Below are positions 52,679-64,000 of a stretch of 64,000 nt of DNA, one piece after another. Each line of letters starts with the position of its first letter. The first letter of the stretch is position 1. The position numbers were made by a program, and so were the translations under genes. Source of the DNA: Narcine bancroftii (taxonomy: Eukaryota); contig NC_091470.1 in NCBI RefSeq assembly GCF_036971445.1, forward strand, positions 80,786,001 through 80,850,000, in the 5' to 3' direction. Below the pieces are notes generated by a model, which worked only from the letters and a program-made list of their open reading frames with translations, made no database searches and was not told where the DNA came from.

Positions 52679-54699
52679 CTGACGAGAGAAAAACAAAATC
52701 CATGTCCATTTTGACTGACTGTCATACCTCATTTAACCAACGATGACCCAAAGAACTGGCGCCCAATGTCACCTTGTGTAATGCTGGGGCGAATCTCGCC
52801 ATGCCGTGTAACTCTTTGCTGGCGCTTTCTGGAATGGCCTTTGAGTGACCTATAGTTTTAGAGTCATTCGGCCCTCATACCCATGCCGCCCATTGTACTT
52901 CTCTAAGTTAATACCATTATCTGCACGAGATCCACTGCTTCCTATGGTGACTGAAGGGCTTGTTTACATGCTTTTTCAATGTTCTAAATGAGGCTGCCTT
53001 CAGCGCCACCTCAGACAGCGCATTCCAAACTCCAACCATCCTTGGAGAAATTCCTCCTCAGATGCTCGCATATCATTGCAGCATCAATGCAAAAGGACAC
53101 ATAGAATATCAGAGCATAGTACAGGCCCTTCAGCCCTCAGTATTGTGCCAAATTCTATATTCCTGCCAAAAACAAACCCTTCCTACCCCGTAACCTTCCG
53201 TTTTTATTTCATCCATGTTCTTCTCCAAGAAGCTTTTAAATGCTCCTAATGTTTCAGCCTCCACCACCACCACCCCGGCAAAATATTCCAGGCACCTACA
53301 ACTCTCTGTGTAAAGAAAAATCGATCCCTCATGACTCCCCTAAACTTTCCTACCTTCACTTTGTAAGATGACCCCTGGTGTTTGCTACTTCTGCTCTGGG
53401 AAACAGGCGCTGGCTGTCCACCTTTTCTATGCCTCTCAGCAGGTCAAACAGTCACAGTGTCAAATATAAAGGACACTGTTTGACCTGCTGAGTTTGTCTA
53501 GCTTTGTGTCTTTACTATTTTAGCTTTAGGAAATTGGCTGACTCTTTTAGACTAAACGTGTTTCAATTCCAGGGTGGATATTTGAAGATCCGTAAATAAT
53601 ATGATTTGACATCAAAACGACTGGGAGATGGAAATGTTTTTGACATGAGTTGTGTCATACCAAATTGTAGAAAATACATAGAATCTGAAACTGGCTGAAG
53701 TCTCAATGTGCAATTTACAGCAGCCAATTAACCTATCGTTCGGCAAGTCCTGAGGATGTGGCAGGAAAATGGGACACCCGGAGGAAGCCCACGTGGTCAC
53801 ACGGATATCATTATAAACCATATTGGTGGAGCAGAGTTGGTCTGAAATAGAAAGCTTTGGAAGTAGCACAACGAGCCCAATTCACGGGAGAGAGAAAAAC
53901 AAGAGTCCTTTACTGATGAATTGACATTGGCCTCAAACGCTGACACTATAATGCTGTCCAACCTGCTGAATATCTCCAGCCTTCTCAGTTTTTATTTCAG
54001 ATTTCCAGCATCTGCAGATTTTTTCCAGCATAGTTGTCCTGCTTGACAGGTCTGCAGTACAGCTCGTAAATAAAGTAAGAAGCTTCCTTTCCAATTTATC
54101 ACCAGTAGCTGGAGATTTTGAAGCGGGATTAATGTGTCTTCCGCAGGGGAAAGCAAACTTAGCCTTGTAAATTATTCGTTATCACATATTCATCAAAGCA
54201 ATATTAACAAATTAGGGAACTTGCGTAAATGCGCGTTGCAACAAATTAATTTTGCTTTATCGAAGGTCCAGTGGATAAAGGTTTCTTTATATTAAATTCC
54301 CAGTGACTTGCTTCATGCTTTATCTTATTGGCCGTTAAGATGAAACACGAGGAGTCCCATTGTTAGACTTTAAAGTTTGTTGCCATGTATTCCACAATAT
54401 GAACACAGGCCCTCGAGATAATAAGCAATTGTTACAAGTTGACACAAATGTAACAACTGAGAGTGACGACGATACGATTCTGACATACGCTAACAATGAT
54501 CATCTACATGGATATTTTTAAAAACAGCCTAAAGGAGAACAGTTTTATTTAAAATTTATCTAATCCAAATAAATTGGGCATGAACTGTAACTGTCAACGG
54601 AGAAGTGAGGAGTGGTATTACATTTTGCTACAAGGAGGAATAATTCAAGAAGGATTTGGGTGGTGTCAGTTGAAAAAATGGCTTGATTGAAATTTGATA

Positions 54700-55103
54700 T
54701 GTGCAAGATTGAGAGGGGACTTGATAGAGGTGTTTAAGATTTTAAAAGGGACAGACAGAGTAACCGTGGATAGGCTTTTTCAATTAAGAGCGGGGGAGAT
54801 TCAAACTAGAGGGCATGGTTTAAGATTGAAGGGGGAAAATTATAAGGGGAACATGAGGGGAAATTTCTTCACGCAAAGGGTGGTAGGGATGTGGAATGAG
54901 CTTCCGGCAGACGTGGTTGAGGCGGGATCATTGGTTACATTTAAGGATAGACTGGATAGTTACATGGAGAGGAGAGGACTGGAGGGGTATGGACCGGGTG
55001 CTGGTCAGTGGGACTAGGAGGGTGGGGATTTGTTACGGCATGGACTAGTAGGGCCGAACTGGCCTGTTCTGTGCTGTAAGTAGTTATTTGGTTATATGGT
55101 TAT
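54700..55103 (+). mobile_element. Young CR1 3' end
   Basis: Open frame RLRGDLIEVFKILKG..TRGHG..FFTQRVVGMWNELP; ggttat-type tail. Confidence 0.88.
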
Positions 55104-55233
55104 AAGGACGGTAAATGGCATTGGGAAACAAAAATTCTAATTCAATGAGATCAATGATAAGGAAACATTGGGAAATCAGGTAAACGGCATTGCGATATTC
55201 TCACGCTGCCATAGAAATGAATATATGAAGAAT

Positions 55234-55445
55234 AAGGTTAGTATAGTGATTAGCTCAACTATTACAGCGCCATCGACTCCGGGTTCGAATCCCCCGCTAT
55301 CTGTAAGTTCTACCCATGGGTTTCTTTCGGGTGCTCTGGTTTCCTCCCACTCTCTAAAACTATTCGGGGTTTGCAGGTTAATTGGTGGATTTGAGCGGCA
55401 CGGGCTCGTGGGCCTGCTACCATGCTGTAACTCTAAATTTAAACA
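55234..55445 (+). mobile_element. tRNA-derived SINE
   Basis: B-box GGTTCGAATCC near 55282; same family as 34456. Confidence 0.7.
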
Positions 55446-55749
55446 AAAGGTTGCCTAGCTCGATTGAAATGAACCTAATGTCCAATTAGAACAGGCAAGA
55501 TTATACTGAGAGCGCCATGTGGACTTTTGAGTTTTTATTCATACCGACACCTCTCTGTCAAGTGAATGAATCTCACAACTATTGATGGGGTCGAAGATCC
55601 GTGATCGTGAATGGTGGAATAAATGAAAAAGCTTATTGGGGATGGTGAGAAGGGGCAGAGACTCTAAAAGCACCTCAACGAGTGCTGAACAAACCGCTGA
55701 AACATACGTAATAACATGGCTTCCTTCTGAGATCCCTTCATTCACTCTG

Positions 55750-56990
55750 TGATATTAAGAAATGGCCAGGAGTATTGCATACAGCGAAGGCTATCGACCA
55801 TGCAATGTCAGATAATATCACTGAGGACTTGCGCTTCAGAAACAAATCGATCCGTAGCTGCCCTCTATCCCACACCGTGCATAATCTGTTCACAAACAAC
55901 ACAATAGGACAACTGTAGCTAATTACCGTCCAATCACTCAACTCCTGATTATGAAAGTGATGTTCGCAAGAGGCACTTACCCACCAATAGCCGAGTTTGA
56001 ATTTTTCGAAGACGATGCATCTTCGGACCGCATGACAGGCCTGTACACCTCAGGAAAATGTGCTCTCTATTAATGTGTGAACAAAAGAACAAAATTCCTG
56101 AGGTGAAGAGAGTGCCACTCCCCTTGATACAAAAACCACAGCAATATTGGATCAGGTTTGGTCTCAAGATATCTTGGTAAAACTGAAATCAATGAGCAAA
56201 GAGAAAACGATCGTTGGAATCGTTCCTTACACAGGAAAATGGACTCAGACGGATAGACAAGTCCTTGCTCGTGGACACAGCCCACGCTAATATGCCACTG
56301 CATCTGAATAACATTCAAGTGGTGTTCGAAAAGTGCCAAGTTCCCTACCAAGAAAGAGTCTAACGTTCCATGGCATTCCCATTTCTGAGTCCTCCACCAT
56401 CAATGGTCGGACCAGCAATGAACAAGCATTGAATTGGACCCGATAAATAAGTAACATGGGCACAAGAGCAGATTAGAAACTGGGTATCCAGCAGTGTGAC
56501 TCAGTTCCTGATACCCCAAAGCCTATTAACCATCTATAGGGTAGAATGTTCTGTACTTCCTGGCAAAGGGTAGCGCCAACAAGACTAAGGAAGAAGTCCA
56601 AAACAATCCAGGAAAATATGACCTTGATTGGCACCATATTAACCATTCATACAAATGGTGCACGGTTGCAGTCGTTTGTAGTCTGCAAACTGCATTGAGG
56701 TTACCTTTCCTGTCGGCTTTAATTGCACCTCCTATTCACATGCCCTGTGCCAACAAGAAGGACAAACGTCACGACTTGCAGGTCCCCTTTCAACACATGG
56801 CCGATCCTTACTCAACAACTAAGCAGGATTACCTTTAACGGTGTTTCAAGAAGGCATCTTATCCCTACCTTCCAAAAGGCAGCGGTAGATGGTAATAAAT
56901 ACTGCACTTGTCACGGATGCCCACATTCCAGATTCAATGGCAAGGAATCGAAGCAAGAGAAGTCAGATATATGCAATGATTCTGGAGTAG
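55750..56990 (+). mobile_element. Ancient CR1-like LINE RT relic
   Basis: Broken motifs ANYRPITQL, RWLESFL-like, KCQ..KKESN. Confidence 0.5.
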
Positions 56991-58127
56991 TAAGAAACTC
57001 CGAAGATGGATTGGCATGACAGAATTCGGGCACCAATGGCAACTTGTCTCCACCTGAGAGAAGAAATTCACCCTGATGTTCGACTTAAACCTTTTAACTT
57101 TCATCCTTGCCCTATGTCTTCTAGTTCTTGTCTCACCCAGCCTCTGTGGACAGCAAAACTACATGCGATACTCCAAAGTTGACCTCACCAACGTCTTATA
57201 CAACTTAAACATAGTATTCCAACCTGTGGCAAACGGGCTGTGTCGCCACTTCAAATTAATCGTATCTATCTATATTCCCAGGCGCCCTCTATTCTACCAC
57301 GCTCCATATTCCCTGCCTTTTACAAACTTCACGCAAGTGCTACCCTGGTTTGTCCTCCGAAAGCGCAACCCCTCATATTTGTCCGCATTAAGTTCCATTG
57401 ATCATTTGGCAGTCCATTTTCCAGCTGGTTCAGACTCCGCTGGCAACTTTCAAAGCCTCCCTCGCACCCCACTTCACTCCCAAGTTTGTCTTATTATTGG
57501 TGTCATTATTGAAATAATGATCAGCAAGTGTCTGTTTATTGGGGTGAAATAACTGGCGAACAACAATTTATAACAAATTCCGTGTCTTAAAAAATAACGC
57601 TGCAAATTAATGCGCATTTCAATTCCCCACCAGCTTTCTCTTTCGGGACGTATCGTGCATAACCAGTTTGGAACGAGTTAGAAAACATTTGGATGCAACT
57701 TCTTCAACATTAAAAATCAAAATTTGAATTTATTGGATTGTTTTCGAAGATTAACTATCAGAAGCAACGTGTGGCTCTGGATTATGTAAAACGATCTTAA
57801 AATGCGACAGATTAGACCAATATTATTACAATTCCGAATGGACGTCGCTGATGAGTGTCGGTGGCATTTAGCAAAGTAAATGTAATGTCTCTATCACCAC
57901 AAGATAGGGGGTTCAATTTGTTGCAATTTCCATGATCAACAGTTTGTGCGGATGTTGGAAAACATGCACGTTGTATCAATGTTATACCGCGAATCCCATC
58001 CTGCGGTTAAAAACGAATAATCCGGGCGTTTCTGCATCAGAAACCTCTCTTTTTTTTCGCGAGGGAATAAAACTTGGTAGCCTCATACGCCTTAAACTGG
58101 TATACATCGATAACGGGAAATCAGAGG

Positions 58128-60293
<2,166 letters not shown>

Positions 60294-62272
60294 TTCGATG
60301 TAAAAAAAAATACATTTTTTACACTCAGGTCAGCCAGTATCTGTAAAAAGGGAAGCAAAGTTAATGTTTCTCTTTCCATAGACGCTGCGCAATTTGTTGA
60401 GTTTCCCAACATTTTCTGTTTTTAGTTTAGTTTTCTTGTATCCGTAGTTTTATTTTGCAACGCCGAAGCTTATTGCATTTACTAACACTTTTTTTTAGCG
60501 GGGTTTGATTCAAAAGAAACTTGTGTCATTTTTCCTTTTCCAAATGGCTCCCTACTTAACTGGTGAATTGTACTGGAGACGCACAAAGAGACTGGAATCT
60601 GAACCTCCACACAAAAGGCCGGAGTATCCCGGCGGGTCGAGCAACATCGGTGGGAGGAAAAGAACTAAAGACGTTTCAGTGCGAAACTTTAGTCAAGACT
60701 GGGAATGTAGAGGAAAAAGAAGCGGGTGTAAAGAGGACAGGGTGGGAGTAGGACACGGACTCGGGAGACTGATAACCAGGGAAAAGTGAAGCATGATGCA
60801 CAGAGGCCGATACCCGAGAAAAGGAGATCGAGGCAAGAAAAATTAAGGCGTCAGGTGGAGGAAGATGCACCGAGCGAAGAAGGTGCCTTGAGTAAAGGTG
60901 CCCTTGGCTAAACCAACACACGGAGATTTCCTTTTATTTGTACTTAGTGAGTGCTCGCACTGTTCATTGCTTTAGCTGCTTCCAATTTCGTTGAAAATAA
61001 GATTTTGTGGTCCTGTCTCTTTCCCTCGATGGTTCAAACATCGCTCGACACAATATATTTCCAAACTCTGCCACGTTTTTTTCACTGTTACAACATAAAC
61101 ATAACGTGTACTAGCGGTGCGAGTTTTCTTGGAGAAGCAGTGAATGCTATGTTACAATTCAAAGTGCCTCAGGATATCCGAAATACTTCAATCTGGTGCA
61201 TATTTATGTTATCTCAAATCTTAATTGTGCCAGAATACAGAAAATAAAGCTTAAATGGTTGCAGTTATGAGTCAGTCTTTTATTGTTTATTTATAGGACT
61301 GGATTATTGGATCACTGTAAAGAATATCAAGATAGCTCCCTTGATCTAGCCCAATTGGTTGAAAAGATTTCAATAGTAGCCCTTTTTCCACTGGCACCCT
61401 GACCCAGGAATTAACTGGGAATTTACTGGGACAGGGTCCAGTGGAAAAGAAACACTGTCCGAACGCTGGCGTCAAAGGATGTCATTTCACGCCAGGGATT
61501 AACCGTCTCTACCCCTACTCATATCCCTGGTTGATGCCGCGTGCTGATAAAATCAGTGGAAAATGGACAGTCACCCGTTTCCAGTTGATCCCCAGGGATG
61601 AGTGTGTTCAGTGGAAAAGCAATTAGTGCCCCAGTTAAGGGTGGCCCAGTGGAAATGGCACAAAGGGCTTCCAACTGGGATGTCAGTGGAAAGGGGTTAT
61701 TGGGTTAACAGTGCTCAAAAGCAACAAGTATCATTACAAAGTACGTTACTTCTGCCCCACCTGCTCACTGTTAGTTACAGTGGACTGCATCTGTATTAAA
61801 CCAGTGCTCACCTGTCCCCACAATAACTGATACTGGGAGATAATACATGGATATAATGAAGGGTTACTGTAAATAGTGTGGTTGAAAGCTGATATGTCGA
61901 TGAGCGTGTTTGTCTCTACCAATCTAAACGTAACCCTGATGTACAAGTCAATAAGGAGCAAAACACAAAAGTATTCAGATGTGATTGTATTTTTAAAAAA
62001 AAACAAAAATGCTGGAGGAACTCCATAGGTCATACAGCGTCCAGTGGGCATTTCAGGACTGAGCCCTTCCTCAAGGCATGAACAAAAAATGGATGCCTGA
62101 ATAAAAAGGCTGGGACGGAGGGAAGAAAGGGTGGGGAGTGGTGCACAGGCCAATAGGAAATGGATAGGAAGATGAGAGAGGAAAGGCGAGAATTGATCAA
62201 GGAGGTAGATAGCTGTTAATGTTGACCTGGAGGAAAGGGAAAGAGAGAGTCAGGGCAAGAGAAAATGAGACA

Positions 62273-62453
62273 TAGGGGTGGCCAACCTTTTAATTTTACA
62301 TTTTTAATTTAGACATTAACAGGCTATTTCGGCCTATGTGTCCATGACGCCCAATTAACCTACGCTCCTGGTATATATATGTGGCTTGTAATGCCCTGTA
62401 ACCATGCTGTATGTCTAAATTGAAGATTAAAAATTAAAAGGTTGGCTACCCTG
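62273..62453. mobile_element. hAT-like MITE with long inverted ends
   Basis: tAGGGGTGGCCAACCTTTTAATTTT ... AAAATTAAAAGGTTGGCTACCCTG; no clear TSD. Confidence 0.6.
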
Positions 62454-62469
62454 GGGGATGAGGGGAAGC

Positions 62470-62995
62470 TCTCAGACACCTCCTCATACTTAACTCTTGA
62501 ACATGACATTGAGCTACCCTCTCACACTGCATCTCTGACCACTTCACATCTGGTCATCTCAATTCCATAGCTTCCAATGCTATTATTTCCCAACCCTGCA
62601 CTACCAGTTCTACCTCTTGCCCAAGATCCACAGACCCAATTGTCCTCAGTAGACCCATCGTTTCCGCATGTTCCTGCCCCACCAAGCTGGTATCTGCTTA
62701 CCTCAACTCCTTTTTGTCCCCCCAGTCTAGTCCCTCCCCACCTACATCCACAATACTTCACATGCCCTCCATCACTTCAACTTCCAGTTCCCTGAATTTG
62801 ACCATTTTAACCATGGATATCCAATCACTATAAACCTACATCCCCATACCAAAGGTATCAAAGCTTTAATTTTTTTCCTTGACAACAGACCCAGCCAGTC
62901 CCCCTTACCACCACTGGCTGGCAGAACTTGTCCTCACCCTCAATAAATTCTCCTTTGACTCATCCCACTTTCTGTGTCAAATAAGTAACTATGGG
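62470..62995 (+). mobile_element. Penelope-like RT fragment, degenerate
   Basis: TMDIQSL..YIP and LAELVLTLNKFSFDSSHFL match PLE RT. Confidence 0.65.
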
Positions 62996-63159
62996 TCTCC
63001 TTACATGAATTTTAATAAAGATCCTTCCTGTGTTCAGCCTGTGTCCAGACTCATTGCTCTTTGAACCCACCAAATTTTCCCTTCCCACATAGGAGAAACA
63101 GATATCTTCCCCATCAAGTCTGGAGTTAGACAGGATTGCCACTCTCTCCAGTTTTATTT

Positions 63160-64000
63160 GTGTGCTGCATAGAACTTTTTGCTAAATCCATCAGGAAGGA
63201 TGAGGGCATGAAGAGTGATGGTGCCAGGCACTGGAGGCACTCAGGTCAAAGCCACCCCTATACATGGATGCTGTAACTGTCCTCTGTCCAGTCCCCATAC
63301 TGAGCAGCATCTGCAGCTATTTTGAGTCTGCATTCTGCACCAGGTTAAACCAGAAGAGCGAGGCAATGCTCCTTGATAACTTGTCCAACTGGACCACCAT
63401 CCCCTTCAGTCATTCCAGACTATCTGAAGATATTGGGGATCTGATTTGGAGGGACTGAGGCTTACAACAAAAATGATCAGAGCAAATCACAAAGAACTAC
63501 CAGAAATTGAGTCTGTGGTCGTGGTGCTCCCTCTTAATAACAGGGAAGAACTTTATCATCAGATGCAAGGTGCTCTTGGTATTGCTGTAAATGGCATAGA
63601 AGTGGCATAGAAGTGGCCCATCTCCTGCACCTCTGTCCTGATGGTCACCAGAGAGGTCTTCCGATTCACATGGAGATCCAAGATGAAAGAGTCTGAAGGG
63701 TCGCCACGTACAAGTCACCAGACAATGAGGACAAGGATGTACCCAGCGTGGGCCCTTCCTGATTACCACCTTTGTGTGTGGTTGCATCAAGCTGTGCGTA
63801 GAACTGAAGTACAAAGACACTGAGTGCTGAGATTCTACCTGTTCCAGATGTTGTAAATATTGGCCTTGTTCCATTGCCACACAATGTCCTCATCAGCTGG
63901 ACTTTGCCACACCATCTATCCATTGTGGAAACATTTTTCCAGACAAACACCTTTAACCACAACTCCATCAAACAGTGTTCAACACAGAGATGAGGACACA
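63160..64000 (+). mobile_element. Tx1-clade L1 ORF2 relic
   Basis: YMDAV (from YMDD), RLNQKSEA, YLKILGI, VFRFTWRSKM. Confidence 0.65.

Overview
Repeat-rich vertebrate genomic DNA with assembly gaps. The repeat families (Penelope, CR1, RTE, L1/Tx1, tRNA-SINEs) suggest a cartilaginous fish such as a ray, but this is an inference. The only host genes I can support form a local expansion of EEF1AKMT3/METTL21B-like protein lysine methyltransferases. Three copies are intact 3-exon genes: A (minus, 2210-10152, 248 aa), B (minus, 39897-47525, 210 aa) and C (plus, 58128-60293, 215 aa). Two pseudogene pieces lie between them: an orphan exon 1 with its promoter (plus, 36374-36523) and a frameshifted orphan exon 3 (minus, 52328-52678). 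These may be halves of one gene split by an inversion. Mobile DNA includes an ORF1-only (HAL1-like) L1 with a TSD nested in an older L1, a young RTE LINE, a Gypsy LTR element in intron 1 of B with a nested RTE, Penelope fragments with decayed hammerhead motifs, and CR1, Rex, Tx1 and SINE relics. A C-rich satellite grades into telomere-like repeats, and much of 19-61 kb retains far more CpG than the flanks. Repeat boundaries were read by eye and are approximate.
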